From: Atractiella rhizophila
Lineage: Eukaryota
Reading direction: 5' to 3'
Assembly (NCBI GenBank): GCA_021432655.1
Contig: MU271199.1
Coordinates: 142,793-175,793, forward strand
DNA length: 33,001 bases
In this document: piece by piece, positions 21,463 to 33,001 of the stretch
Numbering within the stretch: position 1 is the stretch's first letter
Layout of the letters: the number at the start of each line of letters is the position of its first letter
Program-made: the position numbers and the translations under genes
Notes under the pieces: generated by a model
Database searches by the model: none
Told to the model about the DNA's origin: nothing
What the model saw: the letters and a program-made list of their open reading frames with translations, nothing else

Positions 21463-24400
21463 ATGGACAAATATCAGCAACTATTTGAGGACGCGACTGA
21501 GGCGACAAAAATGACAAGCAAAAGGAAACGCGCTTCGCTGGTCGAAAGGGTAGAAACGAGAAATTCAAAGAAGGCGAAACACAAACAGCATGACCTGGAT
21601 GCGTTCGACACCTTTCTCTTCAACAACATCGAATACTTCAATCCCCTCGTCAATCACCCAAAGTCATACCTCTCCGATCCGCCTGCGAATATACCTGAAC
21701 CTGTACAATATGTCCTGGAGGAGCAACCGGATGAGATTAAGGGAGAAATGAAAGGCTACCAGCTAGAGGGATTCAGCTTTTTGACCTGGATGGGGAGGAA
21801 TCGGTTTCCTTGTATTTTGGGAGACGAGTGAGCTCTTCCTTCCATTTTCCTTCTAGGTCATGACGGGTTGGAAAGGATGGGTCTGGGGAAGACGTTGCAG
21901 ACCATCGCATTCTTGCAGCTCGTATATTCGAGGCAAGGCGGACCAGAACTAGCATATCTAAAGAAGAGACCAGCACTTGTCATTTGTCCGTTGTCTGTAC
22001 TCAATTCCTGGTCCCAAGAGGTTGCGAGATGGTCATCTCTCAAGGCCATGCCAATGCATGGTGCGGTCTCCGAGCGCACGCGCCTCAAGGAGGTCTTCCG
22101 GACAGGCAAGTTCAACATTCTGTTGACGACTTACGATGTCTACCGCTTCGAAAGCGGATGGTTCAACAACAAACTGTGGGGAACCATCATTCTCGATGAG
22201 GGACATAAAATCAAATGCCCCGATACCCAGTTGACGAAGGTGATTCAAGGGTGTGGTGGATTGTGGAGGTTGATTTTGAGCGGGACGACCGTGCAGAACA
22301 ACATGGTAGAGCTTTGGTCTCTCTTACATTGGTACGTCCCCTGCATCGTCCAGTAGACTTACCCTTTATGTAAATGATATTCAGGCTATATCCTCGAATA
22401 TTCACACCAACTACTCTTTCAACCTTCCAAACCTCTTTCAGTCTTTCCGAAGGCACCTACGACCCCAAGTTCATCTCTCAGGCGGGCAAGCTTCTTTCCC
22501 TCATTATGCGCCGTCGGACCAAAGCATCTCTCGGCCCAGACGTCTTCCCCGTCCCACCCAAGGTCGAGATGACACTGACAATCCCTCTCTGTCCCGCTCA
22601 AAGGTTTTGGTACCTCGCCTTGCTGAAACGGATCGACCTGACATTGCTGAGTAAGACAGAAGATGGAGCAGGAGAGAACAAAGATGCCAATAGATACAAG
22701 ACTCTTATGAACCTTTTGATGCAGCTCAGAAAGGTTTGCAACCATCCGTATGTCCACTTCCCACAGTACAGCTCTTCGTTGATTGTTTTCAGATATACAA
22801 TCATGCATGCTGAACCAGACCCGTACCAAATCGGTGAACACATCGTAGACGTCTCATCAAAGCTTCAGCTACTTGATAAACTACTACAGTCTTTGAAACC
22901 AGAACAAAAAGTACTCATCTTTTCTGGCTTCACTTCGTGCGCGTTCACTTCCCAGCTTGGTCTAATGCAAAATTGTTGATATTGATGTAAAGGATGCTCG
23001 ATTACGTCGAAGACTTCTTGGCTCTGCGTGGCATTAGCCATGCTCGATTAGACGGATCTACACCTCGAGCGAGGCGAACTTTAGACATGAAACTCTTTCA
23101 GCAGGAAAAGAACAGGTGTGTTCCTCTCTCGCATGTGGATGGTATTGTAACCATCTCAACAGCCCATATCGCGTATATGTAATATCTACTCGCGCTGGTG
23201 GTCTCGGTATCACGCTCACTGCAGCAGATACTGTAGTAATGCTCGGTGCGTATGAATCACTTCTTGAAAACAAGGCTTAACTCCCTTCTAGACTCGGATT
23301 GGAATCCACAGGTTGATATCCAGGCAATCGCAAGGGCACATCGCATTGGGCAAACGAAGTCGTGCGTCACTTCCTTTCCTTAATTCTTATCTCATACTTT
23401 TACTGCTAGCGTGAATGTCTACCGATTTGTCATTCAAGGCAGCGTGGAGGAGCAAATGCTCCGTCGCGTGCGGAAGAAGCTTTACCTAGCGACAAAAGTC
23501 GACTCTTCCTTCAGTCACACCCATTCAACAGGCGGAGATGAGGTTGAGCGGATGACTTTAGAGGAGCTGCGTCGAGTCCTAAGTGCTGGAAAGCAAGCTG
23601 TTGGGAAGTGGAACGAAGAAGGAGAAGCAGAGCAGGAGCAGGTATTTGCCGAATGGCAGAAGAGGGAATTTTCGGATTTTGTCCGAGAGGCACAGCAGAA
23701 GGAAGAAGAAGCAGCGAGGAGACTTGAGCTCTCCGTGGCTGAGGAGAGGACGGTTGAAGAGGAAGAGGGGGAGTTTTTCAATCACGTTGAGAGGGTGGAA
23801 ACTACTCTGTTTGAGGGCAAGAAGGTGGAACAGGCAATAAAGGACATAGCGAAGGGTGAGTGTCATCTCTTTCGCTTGAGCGTTCGTTGATGCGCGAACA
23901 AATAGAGTTTTGGCAAGTCGAAGGAAAACGGCGAAGGCAAGAGAGGGTCGTAATGGTCAATGGATATGCTGTCGCGGCGGAAACTATTGTTGGTCATATC
24001 TAGATCCAATTTTCTTGCCTCAATCTTTTCATAGGGTTGTTCACGATGGGAAGCTGTCAAAACAGTGACCTCCGATCCCGAAGCAGCTGCACGGTTTAGC
24101 AACAAGAAACGCAAAAGCCAGAGCTGGGAACATGAAAGCTGGTGCATATACTGCCGCGACGGCGGTAAGTTTTTCATTCAAAGAGTTCCATAGCTGAATG
24201 TCTATAGGTGAACTGCACACTTGCATGCACTGTCCTAGAGTGGCACACCTCGAATGCACAGATTGGAGCCTATCTGACGTGAACAGAAGTATTCGTTGGA
24301 GATGCCCTCAGTCAGTCCCTTCCCCCCGCTGTTGTTCATCGCTGACTTTCTGGCAGACATAGTTGTACTACGTGTCTCAGAACAGCAGCGGAATGCGGCG

Positions 24401-25031
24401 GCCTCATTTTCAGGTTCATTGTCTTGCTTCATGTCTTTAGATTCACTCAGTCCGTGATAGATGCCAGACATGTCCAGACTCCTTCTGCGAAGATTGTCTA
24501 CCACCTGGCGATCTCTTTGCCTTAGGCGAAGAATCACCAGAGTTCTCCAAACTCGGATTTCCACCTCGTTCGTCTGCGTTTTACATCCGCTGTGATCAAT
24601 GCGTATCCCGTTTTGAGCTCGAAGGACGGGGAGCACACGCAGCGTGGTTTGGGGATGACTTGGATTGGAGAGACGATCCCATCGTTGGGCTGCCGCACGA
24701 AGAAATCGCAAGCGACCCCACATCGCAGAAACAAATAAAGGTGGATGTTGCCGAGTTTGAACGCAAAGTGAATATGACCAACGAAGATTCGCTGACATCT
24801 ACAACCACGAAGCTTTCTATCTCTACCGCAGAGACGGAGGCGGACTTGCTACCGTGCAGAGTCAAAGCGGAACTTGAGGAAGAGATCGTCTTCGTTGGCT
24901 ACGGGTCTGTGGGCAACAGCAAAAAGGGAAAGAAGAGGAAGAGAAGGACCGAGATCATTTCTACAGAGTCAAGCTGCACTCTAGATTCTTCTCCATCGAC
25001 CAAAGTATCCAGAGCGTCATCCCTATTTTAA
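21463..25031 (+). CDS. SNF2-family (ISWI/CHD-like) chromatin remodelling ATPase with C-terminal PHD/C5HCH-like fingers
   Basis: [64 protein letters not shown] and [19 protein letters not shown]. The C-terminal region has [18 protein letters not shown] and [23 protein letters not shown]. The start codon is uncertain. Confidence 0.9.
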
Positions 25032-25601
25032 TACAACGTTTTTTGTTGCTTGCTGTTTCTAGCTCATGTGAGTTTCACCAGGAGAGAGCGACTTATTTTG
25101 TCACCTTAGTTTCTTGGTTCTGTGCATCGTGGAATGACTATTAGCAGACAACTTCGGAACCACAGAGCTATGTCGATCTTTGCATTCATTGCTTCCTTCC
25201 ACTGCTAATTGAGAATGAATCCCCTGATGAAGGAAGAAGACGTGAAAAACGAGTTCAAAGCAACCGAAATAAGTTGAATCATACAGGAAAACTCTCAAGC
25301 ACCATGTGAAGCATAACTGCATCAACTCCAGCGTTCAGCGAATACCAGCTGAGCAACGAAGCAGAAACCGGCGCTGAAAGGATGACAGCGAGACAAGAAA
25401 CTAAAGTGAATTCAATATGTATACAACTCTGAAATGGAAAGAAGGACAGAAATGGGAATAAATGAGGGATTTCTCTGGGTTCACCGTAATTTTAAACAGA
25501 CAAAAAAAGGTGAGGTCAGATGGGAGCGATGCGAGGGTACTGATGTTCTAGCGAAAAAGTCGTTCAAAGTTCGTCACGTGTGCGTTGTTTGACTGCAAGG
25601 G

Positions 25602-28600
25602 TCATCGTTGCAGAATCAACTACCACGGCATGAGCAGCTGAATCAATCGAAGAGGAAGATACTGGATACTCACATTCCTAATATCCCACAAATGATCTCT
25701 TTCTCCTCTGGCTCTTCTACCTTCCGAGCCCTCAATTATCCATCCTCCCTCTTCAAATTCTTTCGTTGTTCTCGCTTCCCCCTCCTCGCACTCCTTCCAA
25801 AACAAATCTTCTTCTCCATTTTCACTGCTAGCCGAAGCATCGCTCATGAAGCTCGCTCGATTCTTCAACATCCTCGCTTGCTCCCCTTCCTCCCATTCAT
25901 CGAACTCATCATCATCCAGCACAAGGTCGAGGTCAAGGTCATCCTCTTGGTCGTCGTTGGAATACCACTTCATCTGGATGGGATCGAAGATCATGTTGCC
26001 GACGACCCGAACACCGTTGGGAAGTTTCGCCGATGCGATTGTGGACGGCGAACCAACCCTTGTAGGGGAAGGTGAGAGGGTGGACGCAGCTGAGTAATTT
26101 GTGATGAGGGCAGGGCGAACCGAGGTTCCCATTGCACGCTCGAAATCTTTGAGCACCGATTCATTTCCCTCCCAACGATGAGCGATGGGGTTCCACATCA
26201 TTTCTCCTTGAACTACGCAAAATCCTTTAGTCACCAACCGCACACTGACGAATTTTAGGACAGATTAACTCACCTTTAGCCAAGGAGGAAGCATTGAGGC
26301 TTCTAATCAACTGCGGCTTCTTAGCCGTCACCGTTCTCTTCTTCTTCCCAATCGTACTAGTCGAACCACCAGCGCTCGCTTTCCTATCATTTAGCCTGCT
26401 TGCCGTATTCGTAGATGTAGCAGGAGCCCCTTTACTGCCACCAGAAAGCACGGTCTCTCCACTTCCATTCCTCTCGCTCCTCATTACTCCGCTCACTCTT
26501 CTCAAGCTCTTCGAGTTCCCACTGCTCCCCAGGAACTTTCTCTCATCGTCCCGATTCGTAGGTAAATCATCGAATGCATCCAGCTCCGTTCCATCTCCAT
26601 AATTCCTGACCCGCTTCGGGCGCTTCAATACGTGCATGTTCGGCATCGTACTCGATCGACTCGGAGGTCGAGTCTTAGCAAGACTTGAAGCGGTCGGTTG
26701 AGTGAGCGTGGAGGGGGTGGAGGGACGATGGGATGCCATGACGTTAGAGAAGTAGCCTAGACTTGTCGATCGTCCATGAGAAGGATCCGCCACGGCACCA
26801 TTCCCATCATCTGATTGTCCACGCCGCTTGGACATGCTACTCAAGGTGGGAGCTGCAAACCTGGAGGCAGTAGCAGACTGAGATCCGGAGGCGTAGGAAC
26901 TTATTGACGGCGTCGAAAAAGTAGATGCAATGGTACTCGTCGTACTCGTCGTCGTCCGCGATCGTGGACCTGGACCAGTAGCTCCAACAGGACTTGGCGA
27001 GATCTTTCCATCTCTTGCCGCATTGATGGAAAGCGAAGGCATGGACCGCTTTCGACTGAGCGTCGGCGCGTTCGATCCTGATCCACTGTTCAAGTTCGAT
27101 GCGGAAGCCTTCTTTCTCAAGCCTGGACCTGTGGGAGCAGCAGAAGGGGCGCCTCTTCCGATTCCAGTGCCCGTCGAGGCAGTAGGGGGAGGTGTGACCT
27201 TTCCAAAAGCGCTCAGGGTCCTTGCACGTCCCGCACCAGAAGAAGGAGCCGCGGGAGGAGCGTTAGGATTTCTGAAGCTGCTCGGGATGGGAGAGCGTCG
27301 ACCAAGGCCACCAGCAGCCGCTGCTATGCTCTTCGCTTTCAACCCTCCTAGCGTGGGAGAAATCGTGGACGCCATTCCTGCGACGCTTCGAGGTCTTACT
27401 TCCTTCCCCTCGCTAGCCGACTGCTTCCGAAACCCAGATATGGGGGATCGGACGCCAGCACGTCGCGTCGGGTCACTGATGGGTGTAACAGTAGACTGTC
27501 CTAGACGAGCAGCAGCGCTATTGTGGCGACCTCTTGAGCGTTCCATCTGATTCATGAGGTTCACCCTATTCCTACGATTCACACTCGCCTCCCGCATCCG
27601 ATCCGTTCCCAATTTCACATCCCCAAACACCAACCCATCCGTATCCCCGGACGGGGCTTCCCTGAAGGCATCCAGCGGGTTTTGAAACGTTTTCGGTGCT
27701 GTCACCGTTCTTTTGCGTGCGCCGGCACCAAGGGGAGGACGAGAAGATGTCGAACCCGCCGAAGGGGATTTTGAGTGTGCAGAACCGTTCGAGCCGACCG
27801 ACGTCTTCGCGACTCTCGTATGTTGCTGTGAAGATGGGATCGGTGTGCTATACTGTGGGCCTTGTGGGGTCGGAGGTGAATGAGGGAGATCAAGTTCGAG
27901 CCGGCTCTCCATCTTGCGCTTGAGGTAACTCTGAAGGTCGAGTTTGGCACCGAAAATATCGAATCCATCACCATCCATGTCCTCCCCTGCACTGCTTCCT
28001 CCCGTGCTAATCTTCCTCCCTCCCCTCAGCCCACCGAAAGGAGGGAGCACAATGTCTTCGAAGAACTTGTCGTCGTCATTTTCCGAATCGAGCTCCATCG
28101 AAGAGAGGGAGGAAGAGCGGGAACGCCCAGTCGTTAGACCTGGTTGGGATGCATGAGAAGAGCGGGTGTTCGTCGCACTTGTCACCGCGGAGGTGGAGTT
28201 GGGGGAAGTGGGAGTAGTTGGCGTTTGCGGAAAAGGTAAGGTAGAAGAGGGAAAAGCGTTGCTGGATCTCTCCTTCTTCAGCTGAGGCGAGAGCTGGAAC
28301 TTGGAGACAGAGATGGGGAGGTCGAAGGAACTCTCAAAGTCCTCATCGTCCGCTTCAATGGCTGAACTTCCGGAGGAGAGCTTGGGGAGTAGCTTCTCTT
28401 TCCTGGGAAAGTCGACCGGGAGACCTTTGATGGTGTTCTCCTTCACCTCGCTTTCCCCTTCCGACACATTCACAGTCACGCCCGCTCCTCCCAGCTCATC
28501 TCCCTTCCCCGACTCCGCCACCTTCTTCTCCGGACTCTTGAAATCACCCAGTCCAAACTTAGCACGGATGGTATCACCTTTACTCGAGTCTCCACTTTCA

Positions 28601-28923
28601 TTCCCATCCCCACCCTCAAGACCCATCTCCGCCGCCCAATCCTCGTCCTCCTCATCCCAACTTTCCTTCACATTCGACAGCGTCGGTCGTCCCTCGTCCG
28701 AAGACAAAGGTTCCAGTGAACTTTCCCGTCCTAGGTGGGAGAAGATAGAGTCAGAGCGGGAGGAGAAGGAGGAGGGGTCGAGGTTGTATAGCGCTTTCGG
28801 GTTCAGGTCCAATGGACCTGAAGGGAGCACAAAATCGGCATCCAGGTCCCAGTTCTCGTGGGATACCGCGACGGTAGGCGTAGGAGTAGGCGTCTGGGAA
28901 GGGGTCTGATCTGTGGTGGCCAT
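25602..28923 (-). CDS. byr4: Byr4/Bfa1-like scaffold of the SIN/MEN two-component GAP, 3 coding exons
   Basis: Long disordered N-terminus, then YGDGTELDAFDDLPT, KKPQLIRSL, GEMMWNP..RWEGNE..LKDFE, RPALITN and VVGNMIFDPIQMKW. Introns at 26273-26213 and 25673-25620. The last exon is LILQR*. Confidence 0.78.
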
Positions 28924-29342
28924 TTTTGATTGAGAAGGCGGAAAAAGCAATTAAATTGGTTCCTAGTAGGTAAATTCGTTCGCGTTGCGTTTCAGGAGGG
29001 AGTGTAGGAGGTACTGCTCCACGACCGACGTCCAATAAAGAATAAGGAAAAGATACTCTGGAAAAGGGGAGAGACAAGGCGGGATCCGTGCATACCTCTC
29101 TGAGTCTAACAATCTCGAATTCTGTCGAAATCGGATCAAGTAAGCCTCGACCACGCTGGGTCGGACTGGTTTGGCGGTGGCTGAGGTGAAATCGTAGGGA
29201 GGGCGAGGTGGAGGTGGTTGGGGGAGGTAATCGTCGTGGTAATTGGGCAAGTCCCGCAACGCAAGCCTCAATTTAGGGTTAGGGTTCTCTATTTGGCGGT
29301 GCTTTTTCCAGGCAACAGACGGAAGCAAACATTATCCTTGTT

Positions 29343-29374
29343 TTCAACTTTCAACGTTCAACCTTCAATTCAAC
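29343..29374 (+). repeat. Short imperfect tandem repeat of TTCAAC (about 5 copies)
   Basis: ttcaac-tttcaac-gttcaac-cttcaa-ttcaac. Confidence 0.6.
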
Positions 29375-29634
29375 AAATTGTTATTAACGTCGACGTGGAA
29401 GAGTAAATTTTTTTCTAGGGCGTTTTAATGTTATTTCACGCTCTGCATTTCCCTTTCGATTCCTTTAACCATGTCAGTACGGAAGTGAACATCTCAATCT
29501 CTGAACCGCTTCTGCGTCGGCAGTGCTGGTTGAAGATCAAAGATCAGTGTGCGACCAGGATACGAAACAAACATATTGAGCCCAGAAGAAATCATTAAAG
29601 CGCCATCTCATCCCTGTCAGCAAGCTTGGCCCCA

Positions 29635-31454
29635 TCACCAGTAGAATCGCTTGGGCTCCCTGAAGCCCTCCTCCACAAAATAGAAATCCATATCCCGAAA
29701 GTGAAACTGCAAAGTTTCCTCATCAAAAATCGTGCCTTTCACCTCTGGATCTAGAGTTGTGAGGTTAATCATAACCTGGTCGATTTCTGGGTCCCCAAAG
29801 AGTGCACTCCAAATCAGCATGAAGTCTGTTGACCTTCTTTTCGAGGCGATTCTGTACCAGTCGAGCATAGCACTCGATGGAACATCGCATGCGTAAATCT
29901 GGAAAATAGAGAGATTGGGACAGGCAGTGTTCAGGTTGTTGAAGAGTGCAGGAGAGATGAGATTCGAGTCTTCTTTTCCACCATCGATGTGGAGCCACTC
30001 CAAGGCACTGTATGGGATGAGAAAGTAGTCCAGTGTAAAACAGGAAGAACTTACTGACAGGAACAAATAACGTCATTCAATGTTTCACGAAAGCTGCTTG
30101 AAGAATGCAACTTCACATTTTCCCTCGTAGTGGGATCATGACTGATAGAAAGCTGAGTTAAGGTATCCTTTGAACCCGAAAGAAAGCGTGACAAACTGGC
30201 AGATTCATATGTCGGCGTCGGCCAGAAGGATCCGAAGAACAGAGACTTTATTTTTGGAGCAAGACGGTTGAGCCACTCAAGAAAGGAGTCTGCGAATTTA
30301 CAGTCGTTAATGTTTATGCGCTCCAGATTCGTACTCGGAGGTTCAAGAGATGTCGTATAGTCGTAATCAAGCAGATCCCATCCTTGTAACCATATTATTA
30401 AAAGGTTCTGGAGACTGCGATCCTGAAATAAAGTCTGAAGGTCCTTGAAATTCCAACGGAAATGACCGTGCTCCTTGATACCAGCGAGGACTAGACAGTC
30501 AAGCTTGGGAAGGCTTGAAATAGTCTTCATAATCGCGTTTCGAAGAGACGTTTGCTTGGGGGGACACAGGCCCAGCCCTAAAGTGCGCACGTTGTTGGCG
30601 CGACAACAGATGTGGAGTGCGATCGACCATTTGTTCCGAGGGTTCCAAAACGCAGAAAAATGCTCTTGGCGAAGGTGGAGTTTCTTCATCCAAGGAAGCA
30701 CTGAGTCCCCGTAGCGCATGAAATATTTAATGACGTTGACGTGCTTCAAGTTTGCGAAATAAGGCTCGTATTGTTGAAACCTGCCAATCTCTCGAAAAAG
30801 ATCCTTTCGCCCTATTTTCTCGAATTGTCGACAAACGAGCCTGAAGTTCTGAATACGTTGGAGATTCCCTTCCTTGTGTCTGTCAAATGGAGCGAGCAGT
30901 GCCGCGAGACAAGAATGAATGAGCTCGACGGGTAAGTTACGAAAGGGATCTTGTTTCCACCCGAGGAAAAATTGCATTTTGATGTGGAACGAAGGTGCAT
31001 TCGCGGACATCAAGGTACTATCGAAGGAAGATGTGACCTCTGATCGAGATGTAGCAAGATCAAGTTCAGTCAAATGCTGGCTCTCAACGCATTCCCCGAT
31101 ACTGCAAATAAAACGCTGCAATGCCAAATAACTCGAACGGACAACCAAAATGATGGGAGATGACAACTCTGGTTCGAACGCATCGTAGGTAGCATCGCTG
31201 TCGGCAGACATGTTTCGCTCAAGAGAACTAAACCGACGGATCTTCCACGATTCATTGTCGTTCATCAAGGTCAATGGCAGCGATAAAACTCCATTGTTGG
31301 CGTTCTGATGTCCCAAATCCGTCACACAAACCTTCAAAGTTGCCCATTTGGATGCGAGTAGTTCCTTCGCCTCTTGGCTGCAAGTGACAGAAAGACTGGA
31401 AACAGCTCCCGCCGATCCTGAACAGGCGGAAGTGATGCGAGCGATCAGCGACAT
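29635..31454 (-). CDS. F-box-like / degenerate LRR (RNI-like) protein, 2 exons
   Basis: The 467-codon ORF is spliced via intron 30054-30008 (GTAAGT..TACAG) to the 29635-30007 exon. It has an F-box-like DPFRNLPVELIHSCL...NFRLVCRQF followed by LxxLxL repeats (LPKLDCLVL, NLERININDC, LTQLSIS, LEWLHID, CPNLSIFQI). Confidence 0.65.
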
Positions 31455-32360
31455 GTGCGACGAGGTAGATTGTCACAGGGATCAGGAGAACAACTATAAG
31501 TATTGGCGGACTTGCTTTGGATCCGAAGCCCGCTGCATTCGATCCGCAAGGAGCGGCACTCAATTACGACTTGAAAGGAGGGGATCGTGGAAAGGTGTAA
31601 ATTCCATCTGGAGATCTTTCGTCCAAGTAACTCGTAGTATTCAAATTGTCAACCGAGTCTCTCTGGTAATTCAGTTTGTGGAATCATTAATAATCGTCTT
31701 GCTAAGCTATACATACTCAGCAAAATTGGGTGATAAGTACTCGATACGTTGACATATATGCATCAGAATCTTTGGTCCTTCATATCACAATTGTCAGAAA
31801 TTGTGCGCACCGAAGATTGGTCAGCACAATGTAGTACTAAGATATAGACAAGGTAACGATGATCTCTCTCTACTTCCACTCAAAGCAACAAGTATTCGAC
31901 GCGCGTCGATACATCTTGTAAGTAAATGACATCGGACAGTCCAGCACGCAGCTAAAATGCCAATGCTTGTTGTTCTCATCAGCTTGATCGTAATAGTTCA
32001 ACGATTCAATATTCAAGAGCGGCAATCGTACAAACACAATTAATAGGATGGTAACACGTTACACATCAATAGTTTGTTTCGTATCAATATAAAACCATGC
32101 TTACCGTCCAGCTCGATAGATCAGTCATTCTCAGTAACCCATTTACATCTTGGGGATATATAAGCCTGTTAGTATATTTGTCTGGAAAAGTGCCCTACCG
32201 TCCAATGCCTAAGTTGGGCAGCATTCCAATATTCAATTGCGATATGGACATTGGCAAACGTTGGTAAGAAGGCTGGTTTCAACTTTGTGGGAAACGAGAA
32301 AACGACCAGAAACCACAACCACGACACATTCCCATTTCTGCCCCAACACATTTCTCAACC

Positions 32361-33001
32361 ATGGACGACGAAGATGCCTTTCTGTACGGCGTCTCAGAGG
32401 ATGCTCCTCAACCTGCTGCTGCCCCCGCAGTGACCGGCACTGAGAAAGCGGCCTTGGCTGACTTCCTGTATGCATTGGCCGTTTGTCCAAGTTCAGAGTG
32501 ATTTGGCTCATGTGTTTGCTGCAGAAACGCACCTGTGGATGGCGGTACAGAGGAAGAAGGGAGCGCTATGGAAGAAGACGCAGAAGAAGGGGCAGAAGCG
32601 GAGGAGGTACAAGAGGAGTCCGAAGATGTACGTTTTTTATTTATTTTCAGGGAAGCGGATGTGGATGCTGGGAAGTGCTGCTGCTTGCGTGTAAATTTGG
32701 CAAGCTGTTATGCAAGGCGAACAGAATGAGATACAGGGGAGGTCGCAACCTCAGGATGAGAATGTTATCTTTTTCTGTATTTCCTCTCCCTAGAATAAAA
32801 CCCGATGCAATGGAACCTAACTTTCCCTCTTCATTCTGTCAAGGAAATCGAAATCGTGTTAAATAACACCGCCGAAGCGAAAGCGCCAGCGCGTCCCTCA
32901 GTGTGAGCACATTGGCCTCTAGAGTTGAAGAACAAACCAACATTGTTCTTGCGTGCAGGAATCGAGTTCTTTCTGTGCAAGCCCCAGCGGCGGCGACGGC
33001 G
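32361..33001 (+). CDS. FIP1: Probable pre-mRNA polyadenylation factor Fip1, 5' exons only
   Basis: Not a single ORF in the track. Exons 32361-32467, 32525-32627, 32844-32902 and 32959->end give MDDEDAFLYG...acidic tract...EESED-EIEIVL, the N-terminal pattern of fungal Fip1. The diagnostic Fip1 motif would lie beyond the window. Confidence 0.6.

Noticed and set aside
29273..29286. Telomere
   Set aside because: Only two TTAGGG units, internal to a gene-dense region.
28963..29328. 121-aa ORF ending 40 nt upstream of byr4 (possible bicistronic partner)
   Set aside because: It begins at TTG with an in-frame stop just upstream and has no ATG. It overlaps promoter-type motifs and a likely UTR intron, and no family is recognisable.
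1..33001. CRISPR array, prokaryotic operon/defence system or transposase
   Set aside because: The window is spliceosomal-intron-containing eukaryotic DNA. No repeat-spacer array or transposase/RT motifs were found.

Overview
Gene-dense, intron-rich fungal DNA. Short (about 45-90 nt) GT-AG introns and the gene architectures suggest a basidiomycete, but this is inference. In order, the window holds: a 3'-truncated alpha/beta-hydrolase (-); tRNA-Ala(CGC) (-); an inositol polyphosphate 5-phosphatase (+); ORC2 (-) divergent from EMC10 (+); a secreted FAS1-domain protein (-) divergent from a bZIP factor (+); an M20 Gly-Xaa carboxypeptidase (+); a small orphan ORF (-); coatomer beta (-) divergent from a UBE2S-like E2 (+); an SNF2 ATPase with C-terminal Cys/His fingers (+); a Byr4/Bfa1-like protein (-); an F-box/LRR-like protein (-); and the 5' part of a probable FIP1 (+). 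The strongest non-obvious signal is in the bZIP gene. It is a HAC1/HXL1/XBP1-type gene with a predicted 23-nt IRE1-excised intron (10765-10787) inside a bifurcated stem-loop. Removing the intron shifts the frame into a long acidic ORF, and a UPRE-like element lies in the gene's own promoter. The second signal is an unusually long, structured intron carrying UGUA/AAUAAA and a possible poison acceptor in the probable FIP1 gene. All exon boundaries were read by eye; no searches or folding programs were run.
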